Origin: an uncultured archaeon
GTDB lineage: Archaea; Thermoplasmatota; Penumbrarchaeia; JASLWR01
NCBI GenBank assembly: GCA_964430885.1
Contig: CAYSHM010000001.1
Coordinates: 32,001 to 96,000, forward strand
Length of the DNA: 64,000 nt
Direction of reading: 5' to 3'
Below are positions 55,444 to 64,000 of this stretch, one piece after another; the first letter of the stretch is position 1, and each line of letters opens with the position of its first letter. Under the pieces are notes generated by a model. It was given only the letters and a program-made list of their open reading frames with translations, was not told where the DNA came from and ran no database searches. The position numbers and the translations under genes are program-made.

Positions 55444-57894
55444 ATGAGGTCATCCATGAAGAGGGACGCAGTTCAAAGGATCATGGGGGTATCGGGAGAG
55501 TTCATATTGAAGTACCGATACTTCTTTTTCATACTACTTCTAGTGATAACTGCAGTATTCTCACTGTTCCTCTCGGATCTGGAATTGAAGAGCGACATGC
55601 AGACCTGGCACGATAAGGATGATCCGACCTATGTCAAGTACAGGGAGATGAAGGATAATTTTGAGATATCACCATTCATTTCAGTTGCATATTCAACAGA
55701 TGACCCATTTTCTTCGGATGAACTAGAGTATCTGGATCATCTATCAGCTAGGATCTCAAGTGAGGTTCAGGATGTCGTAAAAGTTACCACTCTGTCCAAC
55801 TATACAAAAACAGTAATCATTCCCGGATCGAATGTGACTGGATCAATACCATTGATTCAGCAGAACATGAATCAAAGCCAAATGAGCGAACTTGAAATTT
55901 ACATTTCTTCTGATCCATTTGTAGAAGGCGTTTTGATCAGCAGGGATAGAGAGAGCTTGGGTTTATCCATTCAGATGATTGCCCGGGATGATCCAGGTAA
56001 AAGCCAGGCCCCTGATGAGGAATTGATTTCCCAGATAAGAAAGGTTCTTGATGACGAATCAGAATCAACAGGAAAAAAATTCCATGTGGGCGGAACACTG
56101 GTAACCCACAGCGATGTTAACAGTATGATGATGAAGGATATAACCACCTTTCTGCCCCTGGCAGTCATTGTCAATACTCTTATCCTGGTCATACTGTTCA
56201 GAAGGTTCTTCAGGGTGGTGCTCCCTCTCATCACCGTTCTTTTTGCTCTAGTATGGACAATGGGACTGAAGGGTGCATTCAACTCGCCCATTTCTCCTGT
56301 TTCCACCACTCTTTTCGCACTGGTTGTTGTTATAGGAATAGCCGATTCCATACATTTTATTTCGCATTACCGTATTGAGTTGACCAGGACACCCGATAGA
56401 AAGAGTGCTCTTAAGGCTACCTATTCCAAGGCAGGCGTAGGGTGTCTTTTCACCTCGCTGACCACCAGTGCGGGTTTCGGGTCCCTGCTGTTCAGCCCTC
56501 TGTTGATTCTGAGAAATCTAGGAATGTATTCGGCTTTCGGAATAATGAGTGCTTTCATATGCACAATGGTGCTTGTCCCCACGGGCCTTCTTCTGGAAGG
56601 CGCGATAGAGGACCGTCTGTCCAAGAACAGAAAGGCCAGTAAGGGAAAGGGAAGTGAAAGACCGAATAAAAAACTGCTGCGGGACAGAGCTCTGCCCCGA
56701 CTTGGAAGGTTCAACCTGGCCCATCCCAAGAAGATACTTGTTTTTTTTGTGATTTTTATATTGATACTGTCAATAGGTATCCCACTTATCAAGGTTGAAG
56801 GTTCCCTCATGGAATATCTCAAGGAGGATACCAGGATAGTTAAGGATGCTGAATATCTTGACGAGAACATGAATGGCATATCTGATGTCGAGGTAATGCT
56901 CTATGGTGAAGAGGGCGATTTTGAGAAGGCGGATACCCTAAATCGTATAGCGGCCTTTCAATGGAAGATAGAGAAGCAGGAATCGGTGGTGCAGTCCTAT
57001 TCCATGGTTGATATCCTGTCCCTTATCATCGGCAGTTTCTATATTGAGACCCAAAAATCCGGTAGCATAATGCCTCTTGAAGGCAATATGTCATATCAAA
57101 ACAGCTCACAAGAATATAATTCCAGTAATCGGGGAATGCCCTCGATCCCTGCAGATATTGATATTTCACCGCTGCTGGAAAGGATTACTTCCAATTCCTC
57201 CGTCGGAGGTAAGAACAGTTCGGTCTTGTCCCCATATTTAACATCTGACGGTTCTAAGGTCCTTATATCCTTCAGGATCAGGTCGATAAGCGGTGAGAAG
57301 AGAACAGAACTTTTATCAGATATTGATGACTACTGCGCAGATAATTTTGAGGATTTTCAGGTCAGAGTAACCGGTTTCGAGCAGATAATTCACCAGACCA
57401 CACTGGATATTGTAACAACCCAGGTTAGGAGCCTTATAATCTCCTTTGCAATTATTCTGCTGTTCATGGTGCTTCTTTTCGGTATTAAGGGCGGATTGAT
57501 CAGTTTGGTTCCGAATATACTGCCGATAGTGCTTCTTTTCGGATTCATGGGATATGCAGGTTTTCCTCTCAATATAGCCACCGCTACAATAGCCGCCATA
57601 GCTATAGGTCTAGTGGTGGATGATACTGTTCATTTCTTCTTCCATTTCAAGGTATGTCTGAACAAATATGGAAACCGGGTCAAAGCAATGAAGGAGGCCT
57701 TGCGGGAGGTTGGAGAGGCACTGTGCTTTACCACAGTAACACTGTCATTGGGTTTCATGATATTCATATTCTCAAGAACAAGCGTATTGGTGGATTATGC
57801 CATACTTTCCACTCTTGCTATTGTATCGGCTTTATTCTCGGACCTGCTTATAGGCTCGGTTGTACTCTTGAAGATAAAAGTATTCGGGAAATAA
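55444..57894 (+). CDS. MMPL/RND family transporter
   Basis: Two halves, each with one TM, a large loop and five TMs; GIADSIH, TSLTTSAGFGSL, GLVVDDTVH. Confidence 0.93.
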   Translation: MRSSMKRDAVQRIMGVSGEFILKYRYFFFILLLVITAVFSLFLSDLELKSDMQTWHDKDDPTYVKYREMKDNFEISPFISVAYSTDDPFSSDELEYLDHLSARISSEVQDVVKVTTLSNYTKTVIIPGSNVTGSIPLIQQNMNQSQMSELEIYISSDPFVEGVLISRDRESLGLSIQMIARDDPGKSQAPDEELISQIRKVLDDESESTGKKFHVGGTLVTHSDVNSMMMKDITTFLPLAVIVNTLILVILFRRFFRVVLPLITVLFALVWTMGLKGAFNSPISPVSTTLFALVVVIGIADSIHFISHYRIELTRTPDRKSALKATYSKAGVGCLFTSLTTSAGFGSLLFSPLLILRNLGMYSAFGIMSAFICTMVLVPTGLLLEGAIEDRLSKNRKASKGKGSERPNKKLLRDRALPRLGRFNLAHPKKILVFFVIFILILSIGIPLIKVEGSLMEYLKEDTRIVKDAEYLDENMNGISDVEVMLYGEEGDFEKADTLNRIAAFQWKIEKQESVVQSYSMVDILSLIIGSFYIETQKSGSIMPLEGNMSYQNSSQEYNSSNRGMPSIPADIDISPLLERITSNSSVGGKNSSVLSPYLTSDGSKVLISFRIRSISGEKRTELLSDIDDYCADNFEDFQVRVTGFEQIIHQTTLDIVTTQVRSLIISFAIILLFMVLLFGIKGGLISLVPNILPIVLLFGFMGYAGFPLNIATATIAAIAIGLVVDDTVHFFFHFKVCLNKYGNRVKAMKEALREVGEALCFTTVTLSLGFMIFIFSRTSVLVDYAILSTLAIVSALFSDLLIGSVVLLKIKVFGK

Positions 57895-57925
57895 TATTGA
57901 ATAAATTCCGACTGGACAATAATCA

Positions 57926-59269
57926 TCAGTCCTTTTTCTTTTTCCTAAGCAGAAATAGATATATGATGGCAGTTAAGAAGAATATTCCCAGAATAACAAG
58001 GCACCCCTCCTTTCCCATCTCATTCTCCTCTTCCTTAACATCATCTGATAATGACGAAGGTGTAATTGTCAGATCAGTTTCATTTTTCCTCATGAAATAA
58101 TGTCCCTGGAAATCCTCATGCACTATCGAGATATTGTATCCTTCAGTATCAGCAATTCTACCATTTTCGGCGCTTTTCCACAATAGGGTGATATTGGATA
58201 CCTGGCCGTTATCATTGGAAATATATCTATGCTCAAGTATGTTTTGGCCGTTGAGCCTAAGCTGTGCTCTGCTTACTGGAAGGCCTTTATCGTCAGCCAC
58301 CCGTATGTTGTGAATATTGTACAATGTAAAGTTTAAAGCACCGGTATTTTTTTCGGTTGAAATAAATCTCTGGATACCAAATATCTCATAATCCATTTTG
58401 TTCATATGAAATTGACATTTTTTCATCTCTCCTTTTGTATCCCTTATTGATAATCCTTTCTTACAGGAATCAAGGCTGATGTTCAGGAGAACCAGGTTTT
58501 CCAGGGAAGTGGCCGCCACTCCGATACCGGTATTGTAAAAGATAGTATCCTGTATTTGCGCTTCCATCAATTGAGGTTTCTCAATGATAGTTTCCAATTT
58601 ATCAATGCGGTCTATCTTGAATTTATAATATGAGCCTATCTGCCAGATCTCTGAATGCATCATCAGACTTTGGAGATTGTCCAGGTATTGGGTGTTATTA
58701 ATATTTACTTCTGACCTTACGAGCCTGCAGCCCATGTCGCAGAAGATAAATCTGCAGCATTTCAATCGGATTCTGCTCTCGTAGGATAGAATCCCTAGAC
58801 CAGTGTTGTTGAATTCGCAGTGATTGAAGATTGCTTGGGAATATATCGCTTCAGCCCCCAGTCCGAGATCTCTGAAAATGGTCTGGTTGAATACTGCATT
58901 TCTGCAATTTATCAATTCAATCATTCCTGATAGGCGTTCTTCGGTGTTTTCAAATATTACCGTATTTTTCATTGACACGTTCCCGTCAGCGTTCCCTCCG
59001 CACTTCAGCGCTCCCTCTATCCTCAAGGCAACATCCCGTCCGATAATGACTTTGGTTCCAGGTTCTATCCTCAATGTTTGATTGGATAATATTGTGGTAT
59101 TCGAATCCAGATGGATGGTCCCGTTCCAGATCAATAGCTCATTATTTCCTTCAATGTTACGTCGGCCTGCCGTTTGAAATTCGCATTCCTTATTAATAGC
59201 GCAGCTTCGAAATCCAATGCATAACAGCAGCAGCGTTCCTAATAAAACAAAGTAGGGCCGATATCTCAT
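57926..59269 (-). CDS. Secreted right-handed parallel beta-helix protein with C-terminal TM anchor
   Basis: Signal peptide, TLRIEPGTKV...LRIEGAL, repeated NxxFxNxxxG coils, TM + RKKKK; ATGA overlap with the upstream gene. Confidence 0.8.
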   Translation of the reverse strand: MRYRPYFVLLGTLLLLCIGFRSCAINKECEFQTAGRRNIEGNNELLIWNGTIHLDSNTTILSNQTLRIEPGTKVIIGRDVALRIEGALKCGGNADGNVSMKNTVIFENTEERLSGMIELINCRNAVFNQTIFRDLGLGAEAIYSQAIFNHCEFNNTGLGILSYESRIRLKCCRFIFCDMGCRLVRSEVNINNTQYLDNLQSLMMHSEIWQIGSYYKFKIDRIDKLETIIEKPQLMEAQIQDTIFYNTGIGVAATSLENLVLLNISLDSCKKGLSIRDTKGEMKKCQFHMNKMDYEIFGIQRFISTEKNTGALNFTLYNIHNIRVADDKGLPVSRAQLRLNGQNILEHRYISNDNGQVSNITLLWKSAENGRIADTEGYNISIVHEDFQGHYFMRKNETDLTITPSSLSDDVKEEENEMGKEGCLVILGIFFLTAIIYLFLLRKKKKD

Positions 59270-60783
59270 TCCTCCACCGTCCCGTTTGAATCAGGATAGA
59301 TGTCCTTGAATTCCACAAAAGCGAAATATACGTCGGAATTGTATTCGGATGGGGATCCATTCCTAACGTCACACCAGCATGCATAGGCACCGATCTCATT
59401 GGTATCCACCTGGATATAGTCACCTATGAATGCAGTATGTTCACTGGAGGTCAGCTGGCCCAGGAAGGAACCTGCTGAATTCTCTCCGTCAAACATCTCA
59501 TTTGTTATGTTGAAATTTATAGGAAAGGTCAAACCTCCGTCCACTGACATGGCGAAATACACATGCAGCAGTATTCCCTCCGGATCGCCCCTCATATCAT
59601 AGAATATCAGGCATACGTCTCCCTTGGGATTCACTGATACCGAGGGGAAGAACTGGTGAACGCCGTTTTCCAGAGTATCATTGTTGACTCTAACAGGGTC
59701 GGACCAGGTGCTACCCGAATCCCTGCTGTAGCAAAGAAGTATATCTCCGTCCCCATTCCTGCTGTCCGGCCAGGTCACGTAAAGTGATCCCGACATATTG
59801 GTGTCAGACCTATCAACTGCCAATGAAGGCATGGTAGGAGTTCGGTAGGTATGAGGGTCAAGATTGTAAGGAAGTGGCACAACCGTGGATATATCCATGG
59901 GTGTGGAGAAGCTCAAACCCTTATCGGTACTCTTCGAATAACGAATATGATTGGTATTGTATTCTATCCAAACAACATGAACATTTCCTTGGTCGTCAAC
60001 CACTGGATAGGATCCTTGTGTCTGGGTTTCTCCTTCAGTGATTTCAGAAATGAGAACATAGTCATTCCAGGTGTTTCCTCCATCAGTCGATCGTGCACAG
60101 ACTATTTCAGATGCGTATAAAAAATTGAACACGGTCCAAGTCACATACAGAGTTCCGTCATTGGGGTCAACTGTGAGCCATTCCTTGTCATGAAAGTTAA
60201 CGGAAGTGATGGCCGTAGCCAGTGTTCTTACCTGATCCCATGTCTCCCCTCCGTCCCTAGATCGGGCTACCCAGATACAGGACATCTTCTGGAAGGGCCT
60301 GAAAGGACTGAGCTGTTTTCGTCTGGCAGCCAAACCTGCCATATAACAGGTTCCGTCAGGTCCAAATACCACGACAGGGTCACCTGCTATACCATATCCT
60401 GTTAGAGCGGATGCGGGACCTCCTCTGTAGCCTGGGATCAGGGTCTGCCCCCATGTTCCCCCGCCGTCCCTAGACCAGTATGCACCGCACCAAGAGTCGC
60501 CGGTTGGAGTAGTATAATCATTGGCACCCGATACCACATTAAGGGGGTCATTTGGGTTTACTGCAATAGTGGTCTCGCATGTGTTCTGTTTGGAGAAGGT
60601 TACCTGCTGGTTCTCGCCTGAGAACTCAAGATATTCATCTATTATGGATCCCTCCTCTTCTAGGTCCTTATCACCTTTCTTCTCCTCATTACCTTGAAAG
60701 AACAGTAGGGCGCTGGACAGCAGGATAATTATAATTAAAATACCAATCAATGATCTAATCTTGTTCCATTCCATATGGATCAA
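59266..60783 (-). CDS. BNR/Asp-box repeat (sialidase-like) beta-propeller protein, membrane-anchored
   Basis: Six Asp-boxes (SRDGGGTW, SRDGGETW, STDGGNTW, STDKGLSF, SRDSGSTW, SVDGGLTF), DKEW, FIGDY. Confidence 0.9.
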   Translation of the reverse strand: MIHMEWNKIRSLIGILIIIILLSSALLFFQGNEEKKGDKDLEEEGSIIDEYLEFSGENQQVTFSKQNTCETTIAVNPNDPLNVVSGANDYTTPTGDSWCGAYWSRDGGGTWGQTLIPGYRGGPASALTGYGIAGDPVVVFGPDGTCYMAGLAARRKQLSPFRPFQKMSCIWVARSRDGGETWDQVRTLATAITSVNFHDKEWLTVDPNDGTLYVTWTVFNFLYASEIVCARSTDGGNTWNDYVLISEITEGETQTQGSYPVVDDQGNVHVVWIEYNTNHIRYSKSTDKGLSFSTPMDISTVVPLPYNLDPHTYRTPTMPSLAVDRSDTNMSGSLYVTWPDSRNGDGDILLCYSRDSGSTWSDPVRVNNDTLENGVHQFFPSVSVNPKGDVCLIFYDMRGDPEGILLHVYFAMSVDGGLTFPINFNITNEMFDGENSAGSFLGQLTSSEHTAFIGDYIQVDTNEIGAYACWCDVRNGSPSEYNSDVYFAFVEFKDIYPDSNGTVEE

Positions 60784-60918
60784 ACCTCATATTTGTTCAT
60801 GTAATGCTAATAGGGGTATGGATAATCAATAGGGCAATTAGATATATAACAATATACCGAAAATTCAACCGCTTTTTTTCAGGGAAATGGTTCCAGTCCT
60901 ATAATGAATTAATTACCG

Positions 60919-61203
60919 CTAGGAGGTATCGATACCTTTGGGGAAGAATATTCCTATTATGAATAGTAAAGCAAATATAATGAAACCCCCGAAATATATT
61001 ATATTGTTCCAGGAGAATGGGCCGAATTCATTTTTTAGGATATTGAAAACAACCAGGAAGAAGAGAAAGATCATCACTCCGGCCAGCATTTTCAAGGTTT
61101 GCCTCCTCGTCAAGGGCCAAAACACGTGCGGTATTGGAAACTTCAAACCTATGGCTGCCAAAACAGCTAGGGCTATCAGCCAAATTAGAATTATCCATCC
61201 CAA
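60919..61203 (-). CDS. Small three-TM membrane protein
   Basis: GGAGTG RBS; start is TTG; strongly hydrophobic 94 aa. Confidence 0.65.
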   Translation of the reverse strand: MGWIILIWLIALAVLAAIGLKFPIPHVFWPLTRRQTLKMLAGVMIFLFFLVVFNILKNEFGPFSWNNIIYFGGFIIFALLFIIGIFFPKGIDTS

Positions 61204-61264
61204 TGCATCTATTTTATCACACTCCTGGAGGAAATATCATTTCAATATTAAATTTTAATTTCCA

Positions 61265-64000
61265 TCACTCCTCTATCCATCCTTCAGAACTCTCATCCTC
61301 TCCATCCTCATCGTACTCTCTTCCATCCACTGTTTCTTTTTCCTCCTCTTCTTCTTTGATCCACCCGTCTTCATCTGTGATGGTTTGTTTTTTTCCTTTA
61401 TCCTTTTTTGTCTGGGTCTTCTTTATCTTCCTCTCAAAATTGATCTGGAGTTCCTCGTATTCCTTTATAATATCCGATGATAGTGAAGGTTTCAAGGTTC
61501 TGCTCATCTTGACGAAATCCTTCATGTTTATAACAGTATTCCTCCCGGTCTTGATGGCTCTTTTAAGGTTTACCACTGCACATTCCTTGCACAGGTTGGC
61601 AACATCAGCTCCAGAATATCCTTTTGTTAACTTTGCTATCTTTTTAAGATCAATATTTCTGGATACGGGTTTACCCTTAAGGTGGATTTTCAGTATATCC
61701 ATCCGGGATTTGGCCTTGGGGGGAGGAATATAGACCACTTTATCGAACCTGCCGGGCCTTAACAGGGCCGGATCTATTAGCTCGGGTCTATTGGTGGCTG
61801 CTATGATTATTATCTCCTCGAACTTGTCCATACCGTCCATTTCGGAGAGCATTATGCTGAGAAGCCGCGGCGTCACATCATCCGCGCTGTAGAAATCCCT
61901 TCTTTTGGCTATGGCATCGATCTCATCAAGGAAAAGAACGCAGGGTTTTCTCTCCCTTGCGCTCTCGAAAAGAGCGGCAATCAGATTCTCTGATTCACCG
62001 TACCACTTGGACATTATATCCGAACATTTCACTCCTATCATATCCACTTCCAGCTCGGTGGCAATCACTCTCATTAAGAGTGTCTTACCGCATCCTGGTG
62101 GCCCGAACAGTATAAGGCCTTTTGGCGGCTCCACTCCGAATTTTTTGGACATTTCAGGCTTCAAAAGGGGACCGACGATGGAATCCCTGATCTCCTCCTT
62201 TACGTCCTTCAGACCGCCCACCTTCTTGAAACTTGTTTTTCGGAGGTTCATTGATTCTCCGATCCTAGTACCGATTATGGTCTTCTTGGTATCCTGGTAA
62301 AGCTCCGCGAATGCATTTCTGATCACGGTTCCGGACAGCACAGCAGTCATTACTGCAGGAAACATCAATAGGTAGATAACAATGTTCTTGGTCCTGAAAA
62401 TCACATCAGAATCAAAATCGGACACAAGCATCCCTATAATGGATACGGACAATAAAATGAAATAGGCTATTATCCCAAGGAACCAGGGGTTGATCTTCTC
62501 CTTTTTCCCACTTATATGCTTCTTGAAAAGATATATTCCAATTATAAGAATTATCCAGAACAGAAGCTGGATTAGGGGAACCATGGAGTCCATGTAGTTC
62601 TTGATGAAGCTGCCAAGTATGGAGAGGTCTAGATTGCGGATCCCGGAAATAGAATCAAGAAATTTCCTAGGGGTAAAGATCCCATAATCCGCGGACCTTG
62701 AAAAAGTGATTATGCTCTCCTTTTGGCTTGCAAAATCGGTAACTAGGAAAGAGAGGTTGTTCAGGTTTCCCGTGGCAACTAATATTGTCATGAATATCCC
62801 TGATACCAGTGTAGAGGTCACACTGAGGAAGAGCGAGAACATGAATATGGCCGCAATGGGTACGAGGAATGACAGCCCGAAGCTAGACAGGAAGACCATC
62901 ATAAAGGTAAGATATCCGAACTTCCAGTTGAACAGGGAACAAATACAGACGATCAGAGAGAATACCAGGAAGATCAGTCCGAACTGAGGAGTCTGGAAAC
63001 CTGCGGCGCCAATGGATATGAAGCTCACCATAATAAGACCGATAAAGGGGAACTTGTAGCCTACGCTGCCGAGGATAAGTGTGAAAAGCAGTATCATCCA
63101 CCAAGGATAGAATGGGCACCAGGAAGAAGCGAGGAATCCTAAAAGGGCAAAGGCAGCCCCAGTACCCAGGTTCTTCTTCAATTCGGGTTCCTCTTCGATA
63201 ACAGCCAACAATTTACTGAATATACCTGGATCGGATGATCCTTTCCCCCCCTTTTTGCCCTTTTTCCCAGTCCCATCCTCTTCCTCTGTAAGATATTTCC
63301 TGTAGGCAATGAACAACAGGGGCATCAAGATCGCTGCGGCAGCATAGGCAACTATGGTCCTGGTAGTTGGGAACTTGGAAATATCCATTTTTGTTGATAT
63401 GTCCTCCTCACCGTAATATACGACGAACTTGAAATCATCCATTCCCTGATAGATAGTGATTGGTATGGTCTTCATATCTCCTTCTTCTTCTATCAGAGGA
63501 GTAACCTTAATTATATATTCACCAGGGGCCATATTGCTGGGTGTCCAGTATATACCGTTAACAGTTTCTCCCCTTGAAAGATAACCGCTGGTGTTGGTCA
63601 CAGTAATGTTCGCTTCCATATACTGGCTGGTAATATTGTTGAAAACCACCACATATATTCCGTAAAGGAATTTCTCTTGGGGCGGTGTAACAGTATAGGT
63701 GAAGCTGTCTGAGGTTGTAGGGTTCCACAGTTCGTCATAGGCAGTGATGAAAAAGGTTATTTCGGCGGATCCCGGATATGGAGGAATTGCGGCCTGGAAA
63801 GTGTAATCATCCACTTTGTCCATGAGTTCCGCACCTTTCAGCTCCTCCTGAAAATCGGGTAGTTTAATAGAAACGTTAACATCTGCCCTTTGGATCTTTA
63901 CATCAAGGTCCTTTGAGGTGATGGTAAGATTGACTCCCTGATTGTAATCCGGCGGATTGGGCCCGAATTGAAGATTGACGTTCTGAGCAAATGAAGGGTA
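61265..64000 (-). CDS. Polytopic membrane protein with extracellular beta domains fused to one classic-clade AAA+ ATPase module; 5' end outside window
   Basis: Frame stays open from 63823 to the window end (YPSFAQNVNLQF...). Ig-like segments, a TM, about 10 further hydrophobic helices, then VGGL, GPPGCGKT, SKWYGESE, FLDEID, ATNRPELIDPALLRPGRFD, GYSGAD and an acidic tail. Confidence 0.9.
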   Translation of the reverse strand, partial: YPSFAQNVNLQFGPNPPDYNQGVNLTITSKDLDVKIQRADVNVSIKLPDFQEELKGAELMDKVDDYTFQAAIPPYPGSAEITFFITAYDELWNPTTSDSFTYTVTPPQEKFLYGIYVVVFNNITSQYMEANITVTNTSGYLSRGETVNGIYWTPSNMAPGEYIIKVTPLIEEEGDMKTIPITIYQGMDDFKFVVYYGEEDISTKMDISKFPTTRTIVAYAAAAILMPLLFIAYRKYLTEEEDGTGKKGKKGGKGSSDPGIFSKLLAVIEEEPELKKNLGTGAAFALLGFLASSWCPFYPWWMILLFTLILGSVGYKFPFIGLIMVSFISIGAAGFQTPQFGLIFLVFSLIVCICSLFNWKFGYLTFMMVFLSSFGLSFLVPIAAIFMFSLFLSVTSTLVSGIFMTILVATGNLNNLSFLVTDFASQKESIITFSRSADYGIFTPRKFLDSISGIRNLDLSILGSFIKNYMDSMVPLIQLLFWIILIIGIYLFKKHISGKKEKINPWFLGIIAYFILLSVSIIGMLVSDFDSDVIFRTKNIVIYLLMFPAVMTAVLSGTVIRNAFAELYQDTKKTIIGTRIGESMNLRKTSFKKVGGLKDVKEEIRDSIVGPLLKPEMSKKFGVEPPKGLILFGPPGCGKTLLMRVIATELEVDMIGVKCSDIMSKWYGESENLIAALFESARERKPCVLFLDEIDAIAKRRDFYSADDVTPRLLSIMLSEMDGMDKFEEIIIIAATNRPELIDPALLRPGRFDKVVYIPPPKAKSRMDILKIHLKGKPVSRNIDLKKIAKLTKGYSGADVANLCKECAVVNLKRAIKTGRNTVINMKDFVKMSRTLKPSLSSDIIKEYEELQINFERKIKKTQTKKDKGKKQTITDEDGWIKEEEEEKETVDGREYDEDGEDESSEGWIEE

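Overview
Gene-dense archaeal chromosome segment. It is most likely from an uncultured Thermoplasmatota-like sediment archaeon (inferred from Orc1/Cdc6, Fen1, EndoQ, Dph2, a GPN GTPase, pantoate kinase, form III RuBisCO with AMP phosphorylase, TATA/BRE promoters, and many large PKD/CARDB/Ig/TSP3 surface proteins). About 45 CDSs and one tRNA-Glu(TTC) are supported. I found no CRISPR array, rRNA, integrase, transposase or capsid genes. Two real ORFs run off the window ends and are missing or truncated in the ORF track: a gingipain-like C25 protease (<1..5033) and a polytopic membrane AAA+ ATPase (61265..>64000). The most unusual region is 35.2-42.6 kb. There, a solitary contractile-injection baseplate hub gene (gpD/gp27/VgrG N-terminal type) has a novel C-terminal extension and no sheath, tube, wedge or spike genes in the window. 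It is followed by a 1176-aa amphipathic helical protein with GLGxP repeats and a disordered protein with nine VIELPVK repeats and a zinc ribbon. Other leads are a highly divergent PCNA-like gene behind cdc6, a TPR-JAMM fusion, a membrane-tethered double-wHTH regulator with candidate operators, and a RuBisCO with an altered loop-8 motif. All family calls come from motifs read by eye, not from database searches.
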